NCBI RefSeq assembly: GCF_001447785.1
Contig: NW_015163636.1
Location: 127,551 to 191,550 of the forward strand
Length of the DNA: 64,000 bases
DNA from: Gekko japonicus
Lineage: Eukaryota
Direction of reading: 5' to 3'
The translations under genes and the position numbers were made by a program. A model generated the notes under the pieces. It had not been told where the DNA came from and made no database searches. It saw only the letters and a program-made list of their open reading frames with translations. Below are positions 39,106 to 52,150 of this stretch, piece after piece (the first letter of the stretch is position 1; every line of letters begins with the position of its first letter).

Positions 39106-39529
39106 TAGATGCCATCAAGTCACTTCTGACTTAATGGTAACCCTATGAATTAATAAAGTTTTATTCAAGTCTTAAAGGTGCCACTGGTCTCAAACTTTGT
39201 TCTGCTGCTTCAGACCAACATGGCTACCCACCCAGACCTATGAATTAATGACTTCCAAAACACCCAGTCATTAACAACCTTGCTCAAGTACTGCAAACAG
39301 AAGGCCATGGCTTCCTTTATTGGGTCAATCCACTCCCAGCTTAACACTTGGGCTGCTGCCAGAAAAGCCAGCTGGCTTCCGAGAAGAGAGAGTCAAATCA
39401 CCACTGCCACCATCTCTTCTTTGAGGCCAGTTTGCTTTTCTGGCAGCAGTGCAGGTGGTGAGAGGGCAACAGCTGCAGAGAAAGGTGGGAGATTGTTGGA
39501 GAAAATACGTCCTTTACTTATGTCACTGG

Positions 39530-40340
39530 TGTAAGGGCCTCAGTTTAGGGAGGCTAGCAGCTCACCCATCCTATAGTCCCGCTTATGGTGGCCATTTTAA
39601 GGTTTGAACCTACCACGCAATGCCCTTTCCCACTTTCCAGAAACATGGGTTGGGTGCTGTGGCATCCTGCTCTTGAAACATGGGTTGGGTGCTGTGGCAT
39701 CCTGCTTATTAGGGAGATGGTTTTACCTTTAAAACACACTCTGTGTACATGAACTTGGTAGATTTCTGCTGCCACCAGGAATTAAAAAATCCAAATCTCT
39801 CTCTTTTGGTAGAATGACCTAGGGTCTGGGCACTCAGGAAGGACTATTCAGATTGCTGGGATGTTTAAATGAAAAATGATTTATTTAATAAAGAACAAAA
39901 TAGGTTTCTGGTTATTTTGAGCTGTTGCTGAAGAAAGGAACTTGTAAATATAACTGGCAAAGCTTGGCGTCACAAACAGTCTCTCAAACTGCACTCTGAC
40001 AGGCTTAGACACTCAGTCTAATCTCTCTCTCATATATATATAGCCACACGGGCTAAACTCTTTGTCTTATTCACACAGAATAGACTCAAACACTCATAGT
40101 CACACAGACTAAACTGTTCGTCTTATTCACACAGAATAGACTCAAACTCCCATAGTCACACAGACTATGCTCTCTCTTCAAACTTCACACACAGAATCAC
40201 TTCAGAGACATCTCTCCTCCCACACTCTCAGTCATCCACCAATAACATCACACTTATCTTCCTCTGTCACTCTCCTTACATTACTGCAGTCAAACTAAAC
40301 ATTTAAAGAAACACACACACCAAAACAAGAAATCATTACA
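39530..40340 (-). mobile_element. Probable solo LTR with internal tandem repeats
   Basis: TGTAAG...ATTACA termini, minus-strand AATAAA near 39880, TATA-like run near 40035, and two internal direct repeats. No clean TSD. Confidence 0.5.
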
Positions 40341-40569
40341 GGTGCCATAGTGGAGAAGGGTGCTTTGAAAAGCCACAGGCAGCACATCAAAGAGCCACTT
40401 ATGTCTGCCAAGCCACTGAACAAGTATCACTGCTCTAACCATTACACAGATTAGTAACGGAGGAAGCCAGGAAGGGGTTGAGGGATTGTTTGATTGCTTA
40501 CAACCATTATAGGAGGTGTTTTAACTAAGTAATCCATGAGAGTAACTTTTAAAAAAATATAATCTACAG

Positions 40570-40737
40570 ATACGTTTGAGCGGTGGCCGTATACCCTCAG
40601 AAGGTCGCGTAGAAGTCCTCCGGAATTACAACGGCACGCTTAAATGGGGAGCAGTCTGTAGTGACAACTGGGGCACCTTAGAAGCCATGGTGGTTTGCCG
40701 CCAGCTGAACCTTGGCTATGCTGAGCATGCATTTCAG
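40570..40737 (+). CDS. LOXL2: LOXL2-type coding exon (exon 8), N-terminal half of SRCR4; not in the supplied ORF track
   Basis: ctacag|ATA acceptor, CAG|gtatgt donor, 168 nt. Translates [56 protein letters not shown]. Confidence 0.95.
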
Positions 40738-43700
40738 GTATGTTGATGCCTCTTGTTTGGATGGAGGGACATAAGCCCAAGAATAAATAAATAATAAATA
40801 AGCAATACTCTCTCAAGAGACTGTATAAGTGTGGGTTTTAACTGGGGATTTGTGGCACCTTAAAGACTAATTTTATTCCAGTACAAACTTTCATGGACTA
40901 GTTTAAGCTGGCATAACATTTTGTTAAGATGCCACAAGACTTTCTGATTCTTTTTGCTGCAACAGACTGCATCCTAAGCAGAGCTGCACCCTTCTAAGCT
41001 CATTGACCAGTGGATTTAGAGGAGTATAACTCTGCTCTAAGATTGCACCGTACAAACCTACCTTGTGGCTTTATCTGGGCAATGTAAATTGTGATAGAAT
41101 AAGGCACTTGTGAGCACTTACACCTTGGACACAGTCTGCAATTCTGCAAGGTTCCGATATACATATGGACATTTGCAACACATAAGAACATAGGAACAGC
41201 CTTATTGGACAGAGCAATGATCCAGCAAATCCAGGATTCTGTTTCTAGCAGTGGCCAGATGATTTTGTGTTGTCATAAACAGAACATAAGGGTGATTAAG
41301 GTCTCTCCTGCTATATGGCCCTAACATCTGGTATTTAGAGATCTATTGTCTGGGGGTCAAACTGCACATTTTTACATGAGTTGCCAATGGGGGCTAGCAG
41401 CCATTTTGGATCAGGACCATGGTACAGGGGGGAGGGACTCCCTAGGCTACGATTCCCAGACCACTTCAGCTCCTCCTTTCCCCCATGCCATGGTCCCAAT
41501 CTGAATTGGGCCCCAGGTGTACTTTTTTATGCAGGAGTTGCCACCAGGGACTTGCAGCTGCAATATGGCTGCAAATCCCCATGGCAAACTCATGTAAATC
41601 ATAAGGCCCTCTCTTTAACTCTCCTGACAGTTTTCAGCTGTATCTTCTGCAATTTGTCTAAGTCCAAAGCAACAAGCTGCTCCCTTGACCGTGTTCCGTC
41701 CACAGAACAGGGAATCCCAATCACATGAGTCTTTCTGGTAGACAAACAAGGAAATCCTCAAATTCCTGTCCCTCATAACTCCTTTAATGCGCTATTTAAA
41801 CTAGTCCTTCATCTAGTCCAGGAGTCCCCAGTCTTTTTGAGCCTGCAAGTACCTTTGGAATTCAGACTCAGGATGGTGGGCACAAATACAGAATGGCTGG
41901 AACACGGGAGGCAGAGCCAACCACAGAATGTTAAGGTTATGCATAACTCTAATAGGAACACTTTAACATTTCAGGCAGAAGCTCTGTTTGATATCTTTTA
42001 AGATATCTTCTAAGATATCAGAGTGAGATCCAGTTTGGTGTAGCGGTGAAGAGCTGCGGACTCCAATCTGGAGAACCAGGGGCGATTCCTCACTCCTCCA
42101 CATGAAGCCAACTGGGTGATCTTGGGCCACTCACAGTTCTCTCAGAGCTCTCTCAGCCCCACCTAACTCACAGGGTGTCTTTTGTGGGGAGAGGAAGGGA
42201 AGGTGTTTGTAAGCTGCTCCGAGATGCCTTCGGGTAGTGAAGGGCAGGGTATAAAACCATTAAAACTGAACATATTTAAAACTATTTGCTTGCAACCATA
42301 CAGCTTACCTTCAGTCACTCACTGAAGATCCTTGTGCTTTGGTGGGAGCTGCTGCCAAAGGCATTTTGGTTTACTAATCTGCTCAGCCAGTCAGAAGGCC
42401 TGCTGGGCAGAAGGCCCACATGGCCCTGCCTACTTTCTAAAAACACTTGATCGGCACCAGGAAGGTGGTGGGCACAAGGGTGCCTGCGAAAAACCAAATG
42501 TATTGGCTGTCAACTTTTGTAGGGTGAGTTATTGTGCTAATATGAAGCAAGTTATGTAGTTTGCAGTATCCATGGAAAATTCTGGAAAGTACCAAGCCAA
42601 ATTGTGGTAGAAGCCAGACAATATAATAGCTCTGCAACAGCAGCAGGATCTAATATAGAAACAAAAGATCCCAGGAGGATACTTAGGATTAAATAACACT
42701 GAAGCAAACAAGAGAACCAGACCACCCCTATTTTAGTGAGCCTGCACTAGAAGAAGGGGTACTAAAACCACTTCACAGAGCTTTATTAAGGGTATCACTT
42801 TTGCCTCAATAATGTCCACTGGAATCCCACACAAGAATCTCCCTCCTTGCTGTGCCTCCAGCTCTAATTGAACCTGCCACCAGCTGTGCTATGCTGAGTA
42901 TAGTATTTATTAATTACATTTGTGTCCCACCCTTTATCAAAGGAGCTCGGGGTGGAGTACGTAAGGATTACTTCATTTGAGGAACAGGCCCACTGGCTCC
43001 TTCAAAATCCAGACTTGTTTTGGGGATGAGTGAGCAACCATTCGCTTTCTGAGATATTCTGCAGTGCTGTGGCAAAGGGTCAAATGACACATCTCTCCCT
43101 TATAATAAAGCAGTAGTGGGGACCAACGTTCTAAAATGCCCGCCTTTAGTGTTTGGCCGGAAGAACTGCCACTCAGAAGACACTGGCTGGGTTGACTGGC
43201 TGCTTTGTGCAGTCCCGCCCAGTGTTCCAAGGTCATTTGCATATGGAAGCTGATTGGACTTCACTCCATTCCACACCTCAAACGCCCCCCCCCGCAAGGC
43301 AGTTGGAATTTTCAGTTGCATATGGGAACTACTGTATTCTGAGGTAACATATGTCCTCACTCACAACACATCACTTCCCCTTTAAAAGAAACAAACCCAA
43401 TAACACAATCACGCCACACCACAAAGAAGACAGATCACACCACAAGCAGAATACCTCAAGGCAAAAAATGATAGGAAAAGGTGCCAGCAGTCACCCCATT
43501 ACTGCCACAGATGGTGTGCAGGTCCCAGGTTCATGTTTTAAAAGCTGCCTGGGGGACTATGGACCATTCACACACTTTCAACCATAACATACCTCATAGG
43601 ATAGTTGTGCGGATCATACGGGGGAGAGGAGAATGATGTCAGCTGCTTTGGTTCCCACTGCAGGGAAAGACTGCCCTTTCCCTAGGCAGAGGCTGGTAGG

Positions 43701-43878
43701 TCCCAGGATCATGTTTTAAAAGCTGCCTGGGGAGATGGGGACCTCAGACAGGTTACAGTGCCATAGACTCCACCCTCCAACCCAGCTATTTGCTCCTGGG
43801 GAACTATTGTTGCCAATCTTGGCCCAGCACCCATCAAACCATTCTCTTCAACCCCCTGCTGTGCAGCACACTTTCCCC

Positions 43879-44100
43879 TAGGGTTGCCAAACTCCAGGTG
43901 GGACCTGGAGATCTCCCACTGCTACAATTGATTTCCAGATGACAGAGATCAGTTTCCCCTGGAGAAAATGGCTGCTTTGGAGGGTAGACCCTATGACATT
44001 ATACCTGCTGAGTCCTTCCGCCCCCCCGCCCAATGCTGCCCTCTACAGAATCCACCCCCAAAACCTCCAGGTATTTCCCTCCTTAGAGCTGGCAACCCTA
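43879..44100. mobile_element. hAT MITE of the TAGGGTTGCCA family, within a cluster of partial copies at 43730-44740
   Basis: TIRs present; 8-bp TSD ctttcccc / cattcccc. Confidence 0.85.
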
Positions 44101-47100
44101 CATTCCCCTCAGTGCCTGTTGGTAGGCAACTAAGCTTGGTCCTGTCACCTACTTTGGCCTTTGGGAGAAAACACATTGGGGCCAGTCCTGATAGGGTTGC
44201 CAACTCCCGATGGGAAATTCCTGGAGATTTGAGGGATGGAGCCTGAAGAGGGTGAGGTTTGAGGAGGGGTGGGACCTCAGACAGGTACACTGCCATAGAC
44301 TCCACCCTCCAAACCAGTCAGTCCCACATAGGGAACCCTTGTTGCCAATCTCCAGGTGAGGGCTGGAGAGCACTCAGAATTACAACTGCTCTGCAGAAGG
44401 GAGGGCAGAAGTCAGCTGAAGTCAAAGGGGCAGATAATGGTAGGTTGATGGTTAGCTGGGAAGGAGATGGGGTTGCCAACTACATGCTGACAAATTCCTG
44501 GGGATTTGAGGGGTGGAGCCTGGAGAGGGTGGGGTTTGCGGAGGGGTGGGACCTCAGACAGGTAGAATGCCATAGACTACACCCTCCAAACCAGCCATTT
44601 TGTCCTGGGTAACAATTACTGCCAATCTCCAGGTGAGGGCTACAGATCACTCACAATTACAACTGCTCTTCAGGTAGCAGAGATCAGTTCCTCTGGAGAA
44701 AACAGTGGACTCTGTCATTATACCCTGCTGAGGTCACCACAGCAAATTGACACTGTTTGCCCACTGCCCCAGAGCCTCTTTCTAGATCTCGTTGTATTGC
44801 TTTCACAACGGGCTTTACTGCTAGTGAGTTATATGACTGGAACGTCAGATATCTTTGGACTCTAAAAAGCAGTCATGGAAGGAAGGAATCTTTACCAGAA
44901 GTTATCTCTCTCTCCCCCCCCCCAACCCATACAGTTTCCTCTGTCAGAAGGTACCCCTCCAGACTGTAGAGAATAAAGGCAGGCACAACATTTTTTCCTG
45001 TAATCTGAGAGCTGGAAGGGTCATCTAGTCCAAGCCCTGCCAATGCAGGAACTACAGCTATAGTATCCCCAACAAGTAGGTATCCAATCAATACATTAAA
45101 AACCTTCAACGACAGAAGTAGGATTGCCATTCCCCGGGTCCGGGCGGGAAATCCCCCAACCACAAACAGCGTCGTCCCCAATGCGATGATGTCACCTGGA
45201 AGTGCCATATCGTGTTGAGGAGGTCACATGGCAACAGTCTGGTTTTTGTACAAAGCTCTATGGTTTGACCCTGATTTTACCATAGAGTTTTGCCCAAAAA
45301 CCCCCTGATGGCACTGATGCAATGATGTCAGTTCAGGGTGACATCATCACGTTGGGGACGTCGCTGTTTATGGGTGGGGGATGACAGCACATCAGGGATG
45401 TCCCCATCGGAAGACAAGGGGACCTGGCAACCCTACCATGAAGAAATCTGTCCTCAAATTTAGATGAAACCCCCTTTGCCGTAGTTTATATCTGTTAGTC
45501 TGAGTCCTGTCATCCAACAGCATGGGGGAAAGGTTTAAGCCCTTCTCCCCAGCCACTGTGGTACCAATCTGACTCAGGTCCACATATGCTTGGGAAGCAT
45601 GGAACTCCCAGATCACATCAGTCGATAGTTCACGGGTCTACAATGTGGACTTTGTAATGTGTGAATCAGGTCTGCTGTCAGGGTTGCCAGCGCTCTGCTG
45701 GCAATTCCTGGTAGATTTTTGTGGGCAGGCTCTTTATTGCAGATCCCTCCATGGAAGGAAAATCCCATATTCCTTACACTCTGTCCCAATATTGTGCAGA
45801 ACATTTGCAAGGAAAGCAGTTCTTCTTTTACGAGAGAACCGCCTTTCTACAGCCACACTCAGAAGCAGCTGGCTAATCAGTGCCCCTGAGGTGTTGCAGA
45901 TGGCACTAGCTGTTCCTGGGACATTCCCCTGGAAAAAAAGCTGGTGCAAACACATACCTTAGCTGTCCAGGCCAGAGGAGGTAGAAAGGGAAGCTATTCG
46001 TGCAGTCTACTGTGTGTTCACCTTAGAATAAACCACCGTAGTAGAGATTTGGTTTATTTTCTTGTGCAGCTGCCAATTTCTGGTTCACGAATCCAGGGAA
46101 CTGGCATCCGCTGGACAGTGTCCTTTCCCATCTCTCAGCTGTGTTGACATAAGCAGGGATAGGGCTGTTTGATGTGGGGCATTTTCCTGTGGTTGGGTGA
46201 TTTGATATGTTGAATTGAAAAGGCCCTTGTGCCGGTCCCAGCTGCACCCTTGAGTGGAATATACAGCAACTCTGTGTTTAGAACAGGGCTGGCCCTGTGT
46301 GTACAAGCATGTAAGGGGCCCTTTGCTAATGAGGATGATTTGATAACCTGTTGCAACAGAATACACAGTTCATTTCCTCTTCAGAAATGTGGTCCTCATC
46401 CGGATGCTGACTGTGCAGGATCCAAAATCTTTCGTTTCAGATTGAGAGGACAGTAGTCAATGCCAATCTTGAACTTCTCAAGTGCAATCTGTGGCTGCAT
46501 CCACGTGGCTGTTTTGCTCCACTTTGACTTCCACACTAGTGTGTTGTTTATTGGAGCATCCACACCACATCATCCTCAAATCATTGACTGTCCAGGTTTT
46601 CCATTTATTTGCCGTGATGTTTCCCAAACCTGGTTTGGTGCAATCCTTCTGTAAAAATTGCATTCTGAGCTCGTTTGCATGCTGTATGAATGGGAACATG
46701 TGAAGGTTCTGCCCACACTGGCACCTTGGAAAGTACGTAGAACACTGCTGTGTGGGCTTTCCATTTGCACTGCAAATGCGTTGTAGACGACAGATCCAAT
46801 GTAGAAAAAAGCCAATCTGAGGGTCAAAATATGGAGAGTCAAAACAGACAATCCAGTGTTTGTTTTTTTAATTGTTGGATGGTATTGGGGGTAGAGGGAT
46901 TTCAGAACTTGGCTGTGGCATGAGTGTAAAGAGGTTAATTGGTTTTCCCTGTGCTGTTTTTCCAACATCATATCCCCTCCCCATGCCAGTTGCTGTTTGT
47001 CTCTTGGTGGAAATGTGCAGGTTGTTGTCATGTTGCGTGTATGTTTCCCCCAGCATGGCAAGTAACAGTTCTCATGGGATGCTTGAGGTTTGAAAAGTGC

Positions 47101-49910
47101 ATCTGGAGGGCAGGCTTAAACTCTCATTCCTTGTGCCATGGCCCCAAGTTGAATCAGAGGTCCCTAAGTTGCTGCGTTTAGTATGGACCTCTTTGGCTTT
47201 GACAGACAGACTTTCTAGGGAATCATAATTCTAGTATTTTCCACACAGGGGTAGGCTTGAGTGGCTTCCCTGTTGCTGTTGTGGCTACCAGTATAGTGCA
47301 GCAGCAATGCTGCTTCTGCATGACAGGTTTCCCTGAATTCTCCCAGTCACAGTTTCCCCTGAAGCAGTTGTTCCCTCTGTGCCACAGGGGGTGGGAGTTG
47401 GTTTTTCTTCCAAAAACCAGCAGTTAGCATTATAACATTATAAAAACCTTTCAGCTTCCCTGTATTCACAGCTTTCATGTAAAATAAAATAAGTCTCTAA
47501 ATCTCCATTTTCATTGTGGAAATAGGAGCATGGAAACCAGGGGAAACAACCCATGTCTAAGTGACTTCTGCCACACTGTTCTTAAGTATAGAAAAAAGCA
47601 TATAGGCCATAGACAGGGCTTTGTGTTGTTCTTCCAGATACACAGATGTTGCAATTTACTGGGCACCGATGCTATCATGGCAGAACATCTGACTTAAAAC
47701 AGACTGAGCTGATAAATTAATAGATGGGTTGTATTTGACGGTGTGGAGATGGGAACAGAGCTTGGCCGCCAAGGCTGAAACCAATCCAAAATCAAGGAAG
47801 AAATCATACATTTACCATTAATTATGTTGTCAAACCACCAGATGGGGAAGAAGGGCGGCCAGGGTTACTGAACTGATCCTCAAAAACCATCTGTTGCATT
47901 CCCCATTCCAGCTCTTCACTGATCCACCGGCTGGTGTTGCCACGCCAACCCAGCCTTCAAAATGGCTCCACCTCCTGTCCATCTCCCAGAGCAATGCTGC
48001 CAGCCTCTCCCCAGCTCTGTGTTGCCCCTTCTGTTCATGCAGATGTAATTTCAGCATCAACGTGTTCTTACTGAGGAGGAGAAAAAGCTAGTTATCAAAT
48101 GTTAACTATCAGTGCAGTAGCCATGTGTGGGGCAGAAGTTTTCATTAATCGAAGGAAAATAAGACCTCACTCAGGGGTCTTCCGGACTGCAGCTGCCTTA
48201 TGTGTGGTTAGCACAGGCAAGAACACAGAGATGGAGCCAAGAAACATGTGGAAGGTGAAATTCATGTATTAATTAGAAATCACTCTACAAAGCTTTGACA
48301 AGTGCTCGTGTTGTTCCTATTAAATGGGGACAAATCCTTTTTAAACAGTGGCTTTGTACTGCCTTATATCCTAGGGGTCATGTCAGTCAAATATTTGGGG
48401 GCACGACGTCTACCTGATGAAAAGAACATTCACACTCTTCACTGTGTTTGACATCCGGCTAGTTTGACGGGAGTTAAAGCTGATGGGAATTTTAATTTGT
48501 TATTTATTGAGCTGCTGTGTATTCCTGGGCCAGGTGCCAGGTCTCAGTTACTCAGAGTGTTCAGGAATATGGCATTTTAATTGTTCATAATTCATTTAAT
48601 TCCTCTTGGGCAAGGCTGGCTTTCAGAAGACCGAGTGGTCCAGGATCTAGATTGGCTGAGCTCATATGCTAAATAGATGCTGTCTCTTAGTGCAAAGTAA
48701 TGACAAAGAGACTCGGCCAGATAAAGAATTCCAGACCTGTCTCTTTCACATTCTTTGTAACGCCTAGATAAAAACAATGCATGCTGTGACTTCATTGCAT
48801 TGTCCATTGCTATGCCTCCCTGGTCAGCAGCCAATAAGGTGAGGCAGGGAGGGGATAAGGTTGCCAAGTTCCAGGTGGGGGCTGAACGTCTCCCCGGATT
48901 ACAACTGATCTCCAGATTACAGAGATCAGTTCCCCTGGAGAAAAATGGCAGCTCTGGAGGGTGGACTCTATGGCATCCCATCTCTGCTGAGCTCCCTTGC
49001 GTCCCCAATCTCCACCATTCCCAGGCTGTACCCCCAACTCTCCAGGAATTTCCCAACCTGGAGTCGGCAACCCTACACAGGGAAGGCACAGGACAGTGAG
49101 AAGAGAGCCATCCCTCTCCAACGTCTGGTACAGTTTAGCCAGAGCTATGAGTCCCTGGCTGAAATCTCGCCTCTGCCACACCTTAGCCTCACCTTTCCTT
49201 CAACCGCAGTGTGGGGGTGTCAGCGCTGACCTGCCTTCCCAGGGTGTTGTGAAGTACGCTGACCACATAAAAAGCACTATATTGTTACTAATTGGTCCCA
49301 GAGCAAATGGTTGGTTGCAAACAATGTGCAAAGATTGCAAGAAATGGACCAACTGGAGCAGGGGTCCCCAACCTTTTTTGAGCCTGTGGCACCTTTCAGA
49401 TTCTGATACAGGGTATCGAAACGATGAAATGGCTGCCGCAGAAGTTGGAGCCACATGCACAGAGGAAGCCCAAGGGCAGGGGAGAAGAGGAGTCATTCAA
49501 AATACACTGGGAAGAGGGATGAGAAGGAACAGAACACTGTGATGGCAGGCAGCTGACATGCAGACAAAGTTATTTTATTCTGCAAGGCCAATCAGATCTT
49601 CAGTGGCAAATCAGAAACCCTGCTGGGCAAGATCCCCACCTGGGCCCATCTACTTTCTAGAAAAACTTGGTGGGTGGTCAAGAAAGGGAAGGCAGCACAT
49701 TGGGGGACCCTGGAACCAGAGGTTATGCACAAAACTGGGATTTGTCACTTGCATCTAGTAAAATATCCAGAGCTCTAAATGCAGCTCCTGACTCAAGAAG
49801 CATGACTTAATGATTTTGGCCATGCAGTCTTGTTATGATGTGCACCTCTAAAACTACTGACCCAAAATTGCTCAGTGCCCCTGCCTTTATTGTGTGTTTT
49901 TTTTCTTGTG

Positions 49911-49958
<48 letters not shown>

Positions 49959-50249
49959 TACCTTAGATTTGCATTATGAATCAATTAAAGTATTTGTACC
50001 CCACATTCCCATTTAACATACCTGAGGCAATTTGCATCACTATTAAAAAAACCTATATCAGGGGAAATGAAACTGCAACATACGAAGCACTCAAGCAGCG
50101 GGAATCTATGTCAGAAAAACTAGAACAGAAGGAGTCCAGAAGCAAATTGTATGCTAAAATTGATAAATCCAAGAGCCTCCCCCAACCCCCCCCCGAAATA
50201 GCAGTGTAATCAATACAATACGTTAATATTAATTGTGTGCAGTCAAGCC

Positions 50250-50412
50250 ACCACTGACTCAAGGCAAGAGATGAACAGAGCGGATTTGCCTTTGCCTTCC
50301 TCTGCATAGTGGCCCTGGACTTCCTTGGTGGTCTCCCAGCCTAATACCAGCCAGGGCTGAACCTGCTTAGCTTCTGAGATCTGACAAGATTGGGCTAGCC
50401 TGGGCTGTTCAA
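50250..50412 (-). mobile_element. 5S rRNA-derived SINE
   Basis: The minus strand reads cagatctcagaagctaagcaggttcagccctggctggtattaggctgggagacc (5S-like head). Confidence 0.72.
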
Positions 50413-50426
50413 GCTGCTATAGAATG

Positions 50427-51683
50427 TGGGCTTCCGGTCTGGCTCCCGCGAAAGGCAGACGCATCCTCGGGTCGCTCCCGAGGGCGCCTTGCCCGCCCGC
50501 GGTGGAGGAGGGAATCCGCGCAAGCGGAGACCCGAACGAGCCCCTCAGATGAGAGGAGCTCGGATCCGGGGCGCTTTAGGGCGTTCCAGGGGGGAGTCTC
50601 TCTTTCGGTCGAAAGATCGGAGATTGAGACTCTCGCCATGCCCTGCCCCTTTGGACCTTGCTGCGTGAGCGACCCCGTTCTACGGGGTTTAGCGGAACCA
50701 CCGGGCGTCACCGAGTGATGAAGCGAAAAAAAAATGGAAAAGAAAAGACTGGCGTAACTGTGAGTTGTCAAAATACAGAGAAAATGAACTAAGAACCTTT
50801 TCCCCCCCCCCTTCAGCGGAAAATGAGGAGATTAATCCTCTATAAGCGAGAAAGAAAAAAAAAGAAAAGAGGGGGGGAATGGACTGAGCGAATAGTGATG
50901 TTTTCCTTTGATGTACTTGAAAATAAGCAAGAGGTTTTGTTTCCCTGGAGCGCATTTTAAAAACTTTACTAAAAATAAAAAACAAGATGTCGGAGCTGGG
51001 TAAAGACAAGCGGAGAAGGGAGGGACTTCCGTCTGGGCGTTTGTGTCAACGTGAGTGCCGGCTGTTTAATATTTGGACTGTGTATGGCTATGAATCCAAC
51101 GGGGATTGTGAAGGAAAAGAAAAGCTTGAATTGTGACAGCGAAAAGTGCCTCATGAGCGCTTATAAAAGTCAACAATTGAAGAGGAGAATCCAGCGAAGA
51201 GATTGGGAGCGATAAAAGCGAAATTGAAATTAATACCATTCTCAAAGCTGGAGATCTCCGGGCATGGCATGAAAGGAAGACAGCTTACAGCACAGGAACT
51301 GAAAGAGTTAACAGCGACCCGAAGGAGGAGGGGAAGAAGCCGGAGGCAAGAGAAAAACAGAGGAAGCCCCTCCCGTCACTGAGAGGGGAAAAGTAACCAG
51401 CGCGTTAAAGAAGCGGTTCTGAATGTGCCTTGAAGAGACTTTTTAACAGAAATTCAAAGGAACATTACTAACAAATTAACATAGAAAGTAACTGGAATGG
51501 AAAAAAGATGTTTGACAACACGCAGAAGAAGCCTTTGATGATTGGACATTACTAACAGTTTAATCTAACAGTTAATACATCACTCAGCTTTCTCTTCCTC
51601 CCACTATATACCCTCCTTATCTTTCTTTTTAAGCGAAACTCCTCCCCTTTTTAGGGGAGTCAATAAAATCTTTATACAAAAAA
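50427..51683 (+). mobile_element. Non-coding, polyadenylated L1-like retroposon (5'UTR-like, CpG-rich head)
   Basis: 16-bp TSD aagctgctatagaatg at 50411-50426 and 51684-51699, AATAAA at 51662 followed by an A tail, GGGCTTCCGG start, and no recognisable protein ORF. Confidence 0.75.
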
Positions 51684-51987
51684 AAGCTGCTATAGAATGC
51701 ATTAGCAGCAATTCAGGCAAGAGAAAACAAATCACATACACATGGCAGCAAAATGTCTGCAATTCCCAGACCATTTGAGGCTTTCAAGATAAGAACCAAC
51801 CTTTTGAGTTGTGACCTGAAACAAATTGGTAAGTAACTTACTGAAATTTCCAAGCAGTTTTCAGAGGCTGTCCCACGAAGAGTGTGTCACATTTACCTTT
51901 ACAGGAATGGAAAGTTTCAAGAGTTATTTATTTCTTTTTTAAAAAATCTGCTGTGAATTCACCATCCCATTTCTGTCTCCTTTCTAG

Positions 51988-52150
51988 GAAACGTGGTACT
52001 GGCAGGGAGACGGCAGCTCTGACCAAGTTGTCATGAGTGGGGTGAAGTGTTCTGGGACAGAAATGGCTCTCTCACATTGTAGGCATCACACTCATGTCAA
52101 CTGTCCCAAGGGAGGGGGACGCTATGCGGCTGGTGTTTCCTGCACGGAGG
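51988..52150 (+). CDS. LOXL2: LOXL2-type coding exon (exon 9), C-terminal half of SRCR4
   Basis: tttctag|GAA acceptor, GAGG|gtaagt donor, 163 nt (one codon shorter than I recall for human/chicken). Translates ETWYWQGDGSSDQVVMSGVKCSGTEMALSHCRHHTHVNCPKGGGRYAAGVSCTE. Confidence 0.95.
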
